Part shown: one piece after another, positions 19,599 to 29,008 of the stretch
Layout of the letters: the number at the start of each line of letters is the position of its first letter
How positions within the stretch are numbered: the stretch's first letter is position 1
Source: Candidatus Latescibacterota bacterium
GTDB taxonomy: Bacteria > Latescibacterota > UBA2968
Direction: 5' to 3'
NCBI GenBank assembly: GCA_965116885.1
Contig: OZ220741.1
Coordinates: 4,768,001 to 4,832,000, forward strand
DNA: 64,000 nt
Translations under genes and position numbers: made by a program
Notes under the pieces: model-generated
What the model was told of the DNA's origin: nothing
Database searches by the model: none
What the model saw: only the letters and a program-made list of their open reading frames with translations

Positions 19599-20567
19599 TC
19601 ACTTCTTCCCCACCTTCACCACATGTCCCTGATCCCAATCCTGAATCAGCGGCTCCAGATCATCCCAAAACGCCTCGGGAATTTCAATACTACCAGCTTC
19701 GGCATTTTGAATCGTCTCCGCTTTGTTTCGCCCCCCGCAAATCGCCGTTGCAATCAACGGATGCCGTGTACACCACTGCAGCGATGCCGCCACCAGTGGA
19801 ATGCCATAATCGTCGCAAAGCGCTTTTACCTTCCCAACACGGTCTAAAACCGCCTGACTAAAATTGCGATTCACATAAGAATGCCCGGGCAAGGGTCCCG
19901 TCGCCAGCAAACCGCGCTCCAGAGGTGTAGCAAGCGCAATCCCCACATTGTGTTTTTCAGCACCGGGAAAAATGAAGGTATCCGCCGTGCGGTTCAACAA
20001 ACTCCACGCATCGGGAACCACCGAAGCATCAAACTCGCCCGTATCAATATAGGGACCATTGGAATCGGGATCATTCGCCGCAATGCCAACAAAACGCACC
20101 ACACCCTCATCCTGCAATTTGCGCAACGCCCCAAGCGCGCCATCTTTTGCCATCACCTGCTGCATCGGAAAATCCATCGGGTCGTGAATATACAACACGT
20201 CAAACGCATCCAACCCCAACCGCTCCTGGCTGTCTTCCACCTGCTGCATCACCCCGTCGAGAGAGAAATCGTATTCATTTCCCGATCTCCCCACTTTTGT
20301 CGTCACCGTACACTTGTCAGCCAGATCGGGGCGTTCGCGCAACGCGCGACCAATAATTTTCTCGCTCACAGTATTCCCGTAAAGCGGCGCTGTATCGACC
20401 AGCGTACACCCGGCCTCAATAGCAGCCACCACATTCTCTACACCCACATCTTCATCAACTCCCGGCAAAAAATGACCATCTGGCCCCATCACACGAGCGA
20501 GAAACGCCGTGCCAAAACTGACGATTGGAACCTCCAACCCCGTTCTGCCCAATATCTTACTCTGCAT
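19599..20567 (-). CDS. Aldo/keto reductase
   Basis: LGRTGLEV, DTAPLYG..SE, TKVG, LYIHDP. Confidence 0.92.
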   Translation of the reverse strand: MQSKILGRTGLEVPIVSFGTAFLARVMGPDGHFLPGVDEDVGVENVVAAIEAGCTLVDTAPLYGNTVSEKIIGRALRERPDLADKCTVTTKVGRSGNEYDFSLDGVMQQVEDSQERLGLDAFDVLYIHDPMDFPMQQVMAKDGALGALRKLQDEGVVRFVGIAANDPDSNGPYIDTGEFDASVVPDAWSLLNRTADTFIFPGAEKHNVGIALATPLERGLLATGPLPGHSYVNRNFSQAVLDRVGKVKALCDDYGIPLVAASLQWCTRHPLIATAICGGRNKAETIQNAEAGSIEIPEAFWDDLEPLIQDWDQGHVVKVGKK

Positions 20568-20665
20568 CGCAAATCTCCTCCTAAAAAAACCCCTCGCATA
20601 ATAGACGACAGAACCCCGCGTGTCAATGCGAAAAAATCCCCTGCTCTATGTCATGGTTATGAGTA

Positions 20666-20990
20666 ATGTTACACAGCTTTAAACAAATTTGCGTTGCTTG
20701 TCGAAAGTGTTGGTGATAATTCCACCTTTTTCTCTTTGTTCTGCCTTCGGCGACCTACTTTTTGTCACCAGCAACAAAAAGTAGGCAAAAAATGCCGCTC
20801 TCAAACGCCGAGGGGCTGGCACAGCGCAAACTGCTCAGGTAGATAGACGCCATGTGATGACCTTCAAAGTGGAATGCAAACAATAAGGATGGTGGTTAAC
20901 GGAATAGCGCGCTGTGCAGAATGGTTTTGATTGATGGCGTTTTATGAGGGTGCATTTTTGTAATGGCTTATTTAAAGTACTGTGTAACAT
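20666..20990. mobile_element. Putative MITE-like non-coding element
   Basis: Terminal inverted repeats ATGTTACACAG (20666-20676) / CTGTGTAACAT (20980-20990) with imperfect extension (CTTTAAA); internal 12-bp perfect hairpin 20754-20765/20774-20785; no ORF. Confidence 0.55.
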
Positions 20991-21178
20991 CAGGAAAATA
21001 ATATTGACAGGCTATTAGCAATCTGTTGTATTTGCAAGTATTATGACAAATGAGATACGTGTCGCTGATCTCAATTTATCCTCTGACTACGCAGACGGGG
21101 CTTAACGGCGCGTGCGGGTACGATTGTTTGGACATGATAGGTTCCCTATATGCTCAATATTTTCAGGTTGGTTGAATA

Positions 21179-22171
21179 ATGGGTATAAGCGTAAAAGATC
21201 GCAAGATTCTATGGACGAGAGCGGGAAATCAATGCGCGTTCCCGGGATGTAGGCAGGAGCTTGTCGAGAAGACCCAAGATGTCGGTCCTGACATCGTTGT
21301 CGGTGAGGAAGCACATATAGTGTCGCGAAGCCGTAAAGGTCCACGGGGTTGCGAACCGATTCCCCAAGAAGGAATGGATTCATACACCAACATCATTCTT
21401 TTATGTCCCACGCATCACAATATTGTCGATAGTGCGCCCGACATTTATACCAAGCAATATATGATCGACATTAAATCTGCACACGAACACAGAGTAAGAT
21501 TCAATCAGCCTTTGGATGGATACTTGCTTGAAGTGGCTGCTACGGTACCCAATGCAATCGGAAAAGCTGTTAATTGCTGGCAGATCGGTGGCTCAATCGT
21601 AGTTATCTACTCGTATGGATCTTCGCCTATCCGGCTGGATAACGATCACTGGCGTGCTGCTGGTGTCAGAATTGGTCAATTGCATGCCACAGAAGATGTC
21701 CACTGGCTATTCGATAGTTCCGAAGCAGAGCCTGATATCGAGTACTGGCCTTCGGACTCCAAGTTTTATGTTGTTCAAGAGACATTTTTATACGACGAAA
21801 ATCGTTTTGCACCCTTCGTAAAGCATGAATTTGATCTCGCTAAGGTGCCTGCTTTATCACAAGTGGAGTTGTTGCTGGATGCAGACCCCTCCCTTGTTGT
21901 AAAAATTCCGGATATCGTCAAAGAGATAGGGGCAATTGATCGCGGCGACCATAGTGACCGTCTTGACGTTCTTCTTTTTCAGATGTGGAGAGCGGGCCTC
22001 AGTGACCCCATCCGGGTCTGCGAAGAGTTTCAACGATTTAAAGGAGCGTGGTGGTACAGCGGTGCAAATTCGGAAGGGGTCACTTCGAGGTCAAAGGAGT
22101 TAGCTCTTGTTCAAAGGGCACGAGCCTCTCTAAATAGTGCCGACTATCCGCGGGCGCGTCATCAATCTTGA
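21179..22171 (+). CDS. HNH endonuclease (Zn-finger HNH) fused to an unrecognised C-terminal domain
   Basis: LWTRAGNQCAFPGC...GEEAHI...GPRG...NIILLCPTHH.IVD. Confidence 0.8.
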   Translation: MGISVKDRKILWTRAGNQCAFPGCRQELVEKTQDVGPDIVVGEEAHIVSRSRKGPRGCEPIPQEGMDSYTNIILLCPTHHNIVDSAPDIYTKQYMIDIKSAHEHRVRFNQPLDGYLLEVAATVPNAIGKAVNCWQIGGSIVVIYSYGSSPIRLDNDHWRAAGVRIGQLHATEDVHWLFDSSEAEPDIEYWPSDSKFYVVQETFLYDENRFAPFVKHEFDLAKVPALSQVELLLDADPSLVVKIPDIVKEIGAIDRGDHSDRLDVLLFQMWRAGLSDPIRVCEEFQRFKGAWWYSGANSEGVTSRSKELALVQRARASLNSADYPRARHQS

Positions 22172-22283
22172 TCTTTTGGAAGTAACACACCTCCTTCAAT
22201 GTACCTGAATCAGACTATGATGGAAACAACTACCCGCCCATTTTTCGCCCTCTACATCATGACATGCGGAAGGAAAATTCACT

Positions 22284-24011
22284 GTGAATATTGATTCCAT
22301 ACACTTCAAGGGACATAGTTGTTTCAAAAAAGAGTGGGCTGGCTTCGACACAATCAAGCCCATCAACGTCATTATAGGACGTAATAACTCTGGAAAATCG
22401 CACCTCTTGGATTTAGTGGAAGCATTATGCGACGGCACCATCAACGGCCAAGGTTGGCAATATCGGTGCAGTAGCGTATTAGACGAGGAGTCATTAAGAA
22501 GTAAGTTTCCCGAAAACACGAGCGGAGGCGCACTGGGAGGAAATCACTGGCAGGCACACGGACAACATTTTGTCGATAAGCCGATAACCTGGAAGGTTGA
22601 TACAAGTGGAAGCATAGTCTTTTCCGATGATTTCAAATTAGACTCTCCTCGGGGTGAAAACTCAACCAATGTCCGGCGCTCATTAATTAGCCAAATCCTG
22701 CAAAACGTAACTCACCAATTTAACGGGCATTCATTCCGCAGACTTCTCGCAGATAGAGACATAAAAACCGAGCCGCAAGATGTTAATCTAACACTTGGAC
22801 CGGATGGAAATGGTGCTTCCAACATAATTCGGCGTTTCATCCTGACCACCAACGTGGAATTTCCGAGAGAAATTATACAGCGAGAACTTCGGGGTGCCCT
22901 GAATTCCATTTTTGGAAATGATGGTCAGTTTTCAGAAATACAGGTACAACATCATGACGATGGAACATCAGGTGGGCTACAAGATCATTGGGAGGTCTAT
23001 CTCGGTGAAGATAAAAAGGGTCTAATTCCCTTAAGCAAATCGGGAAGCGGACTGAAAACCATTCTTCTGGTGCTGCTGAACTTATTGGTCATACCCAAGG
23101 CCAAGATATCGGAGAACAGAAACAAATCTGGATTTGTATTCGCTTTCGAAGAACTTGAAAATAATCTCCATCCAGCACTCCTGCGGCGGCTTTTTCAGTA
23201 TATTGAAAAATACGCCATCACTGAAAAGGTATATATTTTTTTGACAACTCATTCGAGCACGGCATTGGATTTCTTTGGTGTCTCGAAAAATGCTCAAATA
23301 ATCCATGTTTTACATGATGGAGAATCGGCACGTACGATACCAGTTTCCGCACACTTCGATCACCTCGGAGTGGTATCCGAATTAGGTGCGAAACCATCGG
23401 ATTTACTCCAGGCAAATGGCATAGTTTGGGTGGAAGGGCCATCTGATCGCATTTATCTCAATCGCTGGGTTGGCCTCTATTCGGAAGGTCGTTTTCAGGA
23501 GGGTCGGGATTATCAGTGTGCTTTCTACGGTGGATCGCTTTTGGCACGGATACAATTCAAATCTCCCGAGGAAGCCGAAACCGATCTTGTTAATCTACTC
23601 AGCGTTAATCCAAATATCATCGTTGTGTGTGATGGGGATCGAACTGCCAAAGATTCTGATATAAAGGGAAGGGTGAAGAGGATTAACACGGAGGTACAAA
23701 AAATACCTGATGCTCATATTTGGATAACCGATGCGAAGGAAATTGAAAATTATATTCCAAGCTCTGTCCTCGAGAAGGCATTAGACCTTTCAGGACTTCG
23801 TGATCCTGAACAGTATGAGAACTTTTTTCCTCGTAAAAAAGCCTGTTCCGAGTCATATATCGAAGCCAATCTGAATCGGCGCAATGTCCATAAGGAAGAT
23901 TTAGCCAGATCAAGCGTTCCGCACATGACGAACGACATAATGGCGAATCGCTTTGATTGGAAAGAACAGATGAAAGAAATTGTTACCCGTATAGAATCCT
24001 GGAATACTTGA
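22284..24011 (+). CDS. OLD-family ATP-dependent endonuclease (ABC ATPase + TOPRIM)
   Basis: Walker A GRNNSGKS, signature-like SGSG, Walker B FAFEELENNLHP, H-loop TTHS, TOPRIM WVEGPSD and DGD, EIENY. Confidence 0.9.
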   Translation: MNIDSIHFKGHSCFKKEWAGFDTIKPINVIIGRNNSGKSHLLDLVEALCDGTINGQGWQYRCSSVLDEESLRSKFPENTSGGALGGNHWQAHGQHFVDKPITWKVDTSGSIVFSDDFKLDSPRGENSTNVRRSLISQILQNVTHQFNGHSFRRLLADRDIKTEPQDVNLTLGPDGNGASNIIRRFILTTNVEFPREIIQRELRGALNSIFGNDGQFSEIQVQHHDDGTSGGLQDHWEVYLGEDKKGLIPLSKSGSGLKTILLVLLNLLVIPKAKISENRNKSGFVFAFEELENNLHPALLRRLFQYIEKYAITEKVYIFLTTHSSTALDFFGVSKNAQIIHVLHDGESARTIPVSAHFDHLGVVSELGAKPSDLLQANGIVWVEGPSDRIYLNRWVGLYSEGRFQEGRDYQCAFYGGSLLARIQFKSPEEAETDLVNLLSVNPNIIVVCDGDRTAKDSDIKGRVKRINTEVQKIPDAHIWITDAKEIENYIPSSVLEKALDLSGLRDPEQYENFFPRKKACSESYIEANLNRRNVHKEDLARSSVPHMTNDIMANRFDWKEQMKEIVTRIESWNT

Positions 24012-24073
24012 AGGGCATGAACCTTGTCAATGCCACATGTGTTAGATTGTGAACCTGAAATGGAGATCTCATT

Positions 24074-24535
24074 GTAAGTCAAAAATTTAATTTTGAGAAT
24101 CTCGTTGAGTTGTGTCGGCGAACCCACGATCAAACGCAACGCTCAGCAACGCAAGCTATTGATCGCGCACTTGTCGCACGTAATTGGCTATTCGGCTGGT
24201 ATATCGTCGAGTATGAGCAGAACGGCGCAGACAGGGCAGAATACGGATCGCAGACCCTGAAAAGGCTTTCAGCAGCCCTGAAAACCAAGATTGGCTGTGG
24301 GTTCTCTGTGGATGCCCTGGAACGGATGCGCCGGTTCTACCTGCTTTACAAACACATCATTCCCGATGCTCTCGAGGCGGAAAAATTCGCAACAGTGTCG
24401 CGGATTTCCGACAGTGGAAAGATTTCCGCGACAGCGTCGCGGATTTTGCCCAAACAGTCTCTGAAGCGCGAAGATATCGCAGTTGTCATTCTACCGGAAA
24501 CCAGACAACGATTTTCCTTCGGATAGTCCCACACA
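24074..24535 (+). pseudogene. Truncated DUF1016 (YhcG-like) N-terminal fragment
   Basis: RNWLFGWYIVEYEQNGADRAEYG...GFS...L.RMR.FYL.Y; conserved xWSH read as TAG-S-H; no C-terminal PD-(D/E)xK part; no canonical start after the GGAGA RBS. Confidence 0.75.
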
Positions 24536-24749
24536 GTTAGCCATATCAGTGTATTAGCATGTCAGAAGTCGTTGAGAAGTAAGTTTCTCGAAAACATAAG
24601 AGACGGTGTCGGTAGGAAACCACTGATTTGACCGCGAACAACATTTTGTCGATATTTCTATAACCTGGGAGGTTGCAGCAAATGGGGACATATCTACCGA
24701 GGTATTCCCCGACAATCTCAAAATGTACGGATGTAGAGGGGGAGCCGAC

Positions 24750-25829
24750 ATGGCACAGCCACAACATCGCAGCAAAGACAACTTGCAACAGAGCGAATAC
24801 TGGATGCGTACCGTCTCGTTTGCAGGACTCCATCGCATTTTGAAAGCCGTTGCAGACTTTCCGACCGGACTCAAGGCTAGTGAGATTAACAACCTGGTGC
24901 TGAAAAATAAAATCTCACTTACTCGGCGTAATTCTCCCCCTTCACCTACTACCCTTTACCACTATCGGAATACCTTGTTACACCTACGCGCACTCAAACG
25001 AGATGGACGGATGTTGCGTATCAACTACGATGACCCTGACGTCTGCAAACTACTACATCAACCAGCCCCAGCCAACGGAGATCAATCGCTATGTGATGCT
25101 GCGAAAGACCCATTTGCAGCACTGGTTTTGAAAAACGAACAATGCAGATCGCTTTTCTTCGATCTTTTCATGCCTTTGGATATAAGTTCTGGTACCGTCT
25201 CCAACTTCCGGCAAAAGGGTGTCCCCGTTAAGTGGACCCGCCACCATTCCTCTCACGCTGGAGAGGTCGTTTTTGAAAATAATACGACAGGCTACACGGC
25301 ACGTTGTGTATCACCTGTAAGCGTGACTGCAATTCTATATGGCTTACGCTACTGGGCGCGTGATGAATTAGGACTCATTGACGAATACTGCCAACAAGCT
25401 GGTGGTGATACGATCATGTTTCCCTTATCCCACCCAGAGCCTTTCTCAACAGAAATTGATTCTCCTGTACTGCGGACAGTGCACTTACTACTTTCTCTAC
25501 GTACCTCACGAGAATGGACTCTTTTTTCCATTTCCGATCTCATCGCTCGTTGCTGTGTAGAACAAAGGCAACCGATTAGTGTGCTCTTCCGTGCCATTGA
25601 TTGGATACTCAAAAAATGGCCTAATCATATTTTGCTGATCCCAACATCTCGTGCCCTCGCTACGCTGACAGCGACATCGCCACAACGGGAGAATCTGGAG
25701 TTGCGAAGATATTACAGGACTTCAAATGGCCCCTATATCTCCCATATCCGCATACATCAAGAAATAACGATCAAATCCCAAGAGGTGACAAACAAACATG
25801 TCCAATATTCTGGAAAAACTCCGGCTTGA
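24750..25829 (+). CDS. Hypothetical protein, probably multi-winged-helix DNA-binding (BrxA/SspB-like, tentative)
   Basis: GGGGGAG RBS; wHTH-like segments (KASEINNL...TTLYHYRNTLLHL; ILYGLRYWARDELGLID; FSISDL...LFRAI); overlaps next gene. Confidence 0.55.
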   Translation: MAQPQHRSKDNLQQSEYWMRTVSFAGLHRILKAVADFPTGLKASEINNLVLKNKISLTRRNSPPSPTTLYHYRNTLLHLRALKRDGRMLRINYDDPDVCKLLHQPAPANGDQSLCDAAKDPFAALVLKNEQCRSLFFDLFMPLDISSGTVSNFRQKGVPVKWTRHHSSHAGEVVFENNTTGYTARCVSPVSVTAILYGLRYWARDELGLIDEYCQQAGGDTIMFPLSHPEPFSTEIDSPVLRTVHLLLSLRTSREWTLFSISDLIARCCVEQRQPISVLFRAIDWILKKWPNHILLIPTSRALATLTATSPQRENLELRRYYRTSNGPYISHIRIHQEITIKSQEVTNKHVQYSGKTPA

Positions 25830-26988
25830 CTTTAATCCCTTTGAGCCAGCGGCAACAGGTGCGCCCCTCCATGCCAAATTGTCGCCCCCAAAAGACTTGG
25901 AATCTCGAATGAAAAAACTTCTCGACTTACATCAAAAAGGAACTGGTGTCAAGGCCATAGTCATCGTTGGAGAGTACGGGACAGGAAAGACCTGTCTCTT
26001 GCAATGGCTCCATAACGAGGTTTTTCCAAGCCGTCAAATCAAATCGTTTTACTTCGACAATCCAGGGGTGCAATTCTACGACCTTGCCAATATGTTGTTA
26101 CGTACTATCGGACGTAAGGACTTTGCAAAATTTATCTGGGAGCTTGCCGGTTCGCATGTGCCTGGTTCGCATCAAACAAGCCTTTTTGAAAAAGGTTATG
26201 AGGCGTATTTGTCCAGTTCGTTCCGCCCAGGCCGACAACAGGATATGACAAGTCCCCTCCAAGAAGCGATTATAAATGCGGATGTCACGACCGACGAACA
26301 GATCGCGCACTGTCTCGCCCGGATCGTTACCGAAATTGTAAAAAAACCATATTTTGAATATCGGGACTTCATACCGAGGCAGAGTGGCAGCATGGTTCCA
26401 GAAGGAGAAGAAGCACGATACTTTCGTGCAATATTGAAAACGATCTCACAGGGAATGGGTGCCAAGGCCATAGCATTTCTGATCGACGAATTTGAGGAAA
26501 TAGGTCTTCAAAAAAGGCTCACCAGACGTGCTGCACATGATTACTTAGCGACGCTGAAACGTTTGATAAACCTCGCTCAAAGCGAACAAGTTGACTTCTG
26601 GATTGTCATGTCAATGACTCCCGAGGCCTTCGATACCACTATTAACCTCGATCCTGCGCTCGGTGAGCGTTTCTCTGGGCCATCCGAGCAAGAGCAGGTA
26701 CTTCGTATCGAACCGTTGGGTCCCAACGACGCTCTTAATTTGATGCAATCACGTATAAATGCTGCTCGTGCTAAAGAAATGGGCGAATCAACGGAAGATC
26801 TTTTTCCATTTCCAGATGATATTGTCTTCCGTCCCAACACGTACTCTAATCCCAGACGGCTCGTAAAGACCTGTTTTCGAGCAATTGCACAGGCAGATGC
26901 AGACCCACCATTTACTGAAGAATATCTTCACAAAATTGAAGATGAACTTTATCCCGACCCAACTACCAGCGAGAATGTGCAACCATGA
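25798..26988 (+). CDS. P-loop (AAA+-type) ATPase
   Basis: N-terminal NPF, Walker A GEYGTGKT, Walker B FLIDEFEE, SNPR motif. Confidence 0.88.
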   Translation: MSNILEKLRLDFNPFEPAATGAPLHAKLSPPKDLESRMKKLLDLHQKGTGVKAIVIVGEYGTGKTCLLQWLHNEVFPSRQIKSFYFDNPGVQFYDLANMLLRTIGRKDFAKFIWELAGSHVPGSHQTSLFEKGYEAYLSSSFRPGRQQDMTSPLQEAIINADVTTDEQIAHCLARIVTEIVKKPYFEYRDFIPRQSGSMVPEGEEARYFRAILKTISQGMGAKAIAFLIDEFEEIGLQKRLTRRAAHDYLATLKRLINLAQSEQVDFWIVMSMTPEAFDTTINLDPALGERFSGPSEQEQVLRIEPLGPNDALNLMQSRINAARAKEMGESTEDLFPFPDDIVFRPNTYSNPRRLVKTCFRAIAQADADPPFTEEYLHKIEDELYPDPTTSENVQP

Positions 26989-27740
26989 AAGAGGAGCAAA
27001 CCTTCCAGACAGTAGTGTTTCTGGACACAATGACACTACACCATATTCGGCTTTGCTTGGAGTCCGCCAAGAAGGATGATCTTCAATTTCCTACTGACGA
27101 GCAAACGGTATCCATATTGAAAACCCATTTTGGCAGCGTTTCCGAAGGACCTCTAAAGGAATCACTTCTAAAAGGCTTGGAGACTATCGTTTTACTATCA
27201 ACAAATGATGTACAGATCGAATATGCGCCCGTCTCAGAAATTGAGATACTCACTGGAATTACAGAGGGAGAAGCACGTATAAAAGTGGCCCAAGAGGGCA
27301 TTCCTCATCGAATGTGGTCAAAGTTTCCGGAAAGAGAGATTCGAGATCGGATAATCGCCGAGGACTTAGCTGCTATCAAGGATCGTATTGACGATCTTGA
27401 CTCATTGTTAGAGGAGTCTGGCGTTACGGTTACGCGAAGTGACAACAAACGAACAAGTGATGTAATTGAATTGGCGAAAGGCATAGTTGGTCTCATCTAC
27501 ATGGGCGAAATAGATAGTATCATTTACGCAAGCGCAGTGGCTGCCGGAGCGGACTTTTTGATCACATCTGATAGCTACCTCAGAGAAACTGTGAATAATA
27601 TTCGCGATTCAAAGGATCAACGATACGAGGAAATTCGACGAAAGTTGAATGAGCTTATCGGCGATTTCGACCTTCCCAAAGCTTTCACAGTTACGGATTC
27701 AGGTAGACTTAGAGGAATATCATCTTCATCTTTCCCTTGA
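26985..27740 (+). CDS. PIN-domain nuclease-like protein
   Basis: Acidic PIN pattern: VFLDT, SEIE, DSIIYASA...ADFLITSD; ATGA overlap with the ATPase stop. Confidence 0.7.
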   Translation: MKEEQTFQTVVFLDTMTLHHIRLCLESAKKDDLQFPTDEQTVSILKTHFGSVSEGPLKESLLKGLETIVLLSTNDVQIEYAPVSEIEILTGITEGEARIKVAQEGIPHRMWSKFPEREIRDRIIAEDLAAIKDRIDDLDSLLEESGVTVTRSDNKRTSDVIELAKGIVGLIYMGEIDSIIYASAVAAGADFLITSDSYLRETVNNIRDSKDQRYEEIRRKLNELIGDFDLPKAFTVTDSGRLRGISSSSFP

Positions 27741-27754
27741 GATAGATTCTGGTT

Positions 27755-28966
27755 ATGAAATATCAAACCACCGAGCAGGCAGAGTGGAGATATTGGGTGA
27801 CCCCAAAAGATGCCAAAGAGAAGGCAGTCCACCGTTGGTATCTATTTCCCCATAGCTTCACCGATAATCTCGTACACGCGCTGATTGATGAATGGGGCCT
27901 TAACGGCCAAGATAGGATCCTTGATCCCTTCGTGGGGACAGGTACAACGCTATTGGCCGCCAAGGAAATGGGCGTTCCTGGCAATGGCTATGACCTTTCC
28001 CCTCTCGCCGTTCTTGCATCTAATACCAAGACCGCTACTTTCTCCCGAAAGCGGTTGGAAGCAGCATGGCAAACTCTCGAACGCACATTGATATGCAGCA
28101 ATACACCCCTGAACCGCGTCTATCCGGAACTGGTTCAAAAGGCACTCCCAGAGGGCCGGCTTGAAGCTCTTAATGCAGTCGCGACAAGTATTGAGAGTCT
28201 CGAATGTTCGTCCACGGAACGGGATTTCTTCCGATTGGCGTTGCTTTCTATCATACCACGTTTCAGCCATGCGGTCGCAACTGGAGGTTGGCTGAGGTGG
28301 TTGAATCAAGGTGCTAGTGCCGAGAACGTTACGGTTTTTTTTAAAGAACAAGTTGAGATGATGTTGTCGGATATCTGTGACGCAGTCCCCCAAAGAGATG
28401 GATATTGGGAAACCCATGTCGCGGATGCGCGTGTCATGCCTGCAAACGATGCGGAATACTCAGCCGTGATTACTTCACCACCGTACCCAAATCGTCACGA
28501 CTACACGCGAATTTTTGGGGTCGAATTGATGTTTGCCTTTCTTGACTGGGAAGCCAATCGAGCACTTAGATACCAGACGTTTCATTCCCATCCAGAAGCT
28601 CGTCCGGATCGACCAGTAGCTAAAAGGTATAAACCCCCGAAGGCTTTGAACGGCAGTATCCGAGATCTACGAGACAAGCGTATGCAACGCATGCTGGAGG
28701 GATATTTCCTGGACATGTATTTATGTCTTTGCGAAGTTGCTCGTGTTTGTCGCAAAGGTGCTAAAGCAGCGTTCGTCGTAGGGAATGCACAATATGACGG
28801 TAAGGCTATCCTTGTTGATGAGTTCACGGCAGAGGTCGGGGAACAAGCGGGGCTCACCTGTGAGGAAATACGGGTAGTGCGGAGACGTGGAAATAGTGCA
28901 CAACAGATGGGGAAATATGGGCGAGTGGCGTCTCGAGAGAGTGTTGTCATATTTGAGAAGCCCTGA
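27755..28966 (+). CDS. DNA amino-methyltransferase, probably N4-cytosine (motif I before motif IV)
   Basis: VHRWY, LDPFVGTGTT (SAM binding), ITSPPYPN (catalytic SPPY), VVGN. Confidence 0.88.
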   Translation: MKYQTTEQAEWRYWVTPKDAKEKAVHRWYLFPHSFTDNLVHALIDEWGLNGQDRILDPFVGTGTTLLAAKEMGVPGNGYDLSPLAVLASNTKTATFSRKRLEAAWQTLERTLICSNTPLNRVYPELVQKALPEGRLEALNAVATSIESLECSSTERDFFRLALLSIIPRFSHAVATGGWLRWLNQGASAENVTVFFKEQVEMMLSDICDAVPQRDGYWETHVADARVMPANDAEYSAVITSPPYPNRHDYTRIFGVELMFAFLDWEANRALRYQTFHSHPEARPDRPVAKRYKPPKALNGSIRDLRDKRMQRMLEGYFLDMYLCLCEVARVCRKGAKAAFVVGNAQYDGKAILVDEFTAEVGEQAGLTCEEIRVVRRRGNSAQQMGKYGRVASRESVVIFEKP

Positions 28967-29008
28967 TAGTCAAATTAGAGTGACCAGTTGCGCCTCTGGA
29001 GGTAAGAG

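Noticed and set aside
21043..21105. 20-codon ORF (MTNEIRVADLNLSSDYADGA) after a TTGACA motif
   Set aside because: No clear RBS or recognisable motif; cannot be supported as a gene from sequence alone.
21179..24011. Assignment to Gabija, Septu or CBASS
   Set aside because: No UvrD/GajB helicase; the ATPase carries a TOPRIM domain and follows rather than precedes the HNH gene (unlike PtuAB); no nucleotide cyclase or recognisable SAVED domain.
21100..24545. Integron cassette array (co-oriented genes, GTTAGAT at 24041, GTTAGCC at 24536)
   Set aside because: No matching RYYYAAC inverse cores or attC-like palindromes after the genes, and no integron integrase.
24750..28966. Assignment to canonical BREX, Ssp, DISARM or type I/III R-M
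   Set aside because: No PglZ, large BrxC/PglX, SspD, DrmAB helicase, HsdS or Res subunit; the ATPase and methylase are each only about 400 aa.
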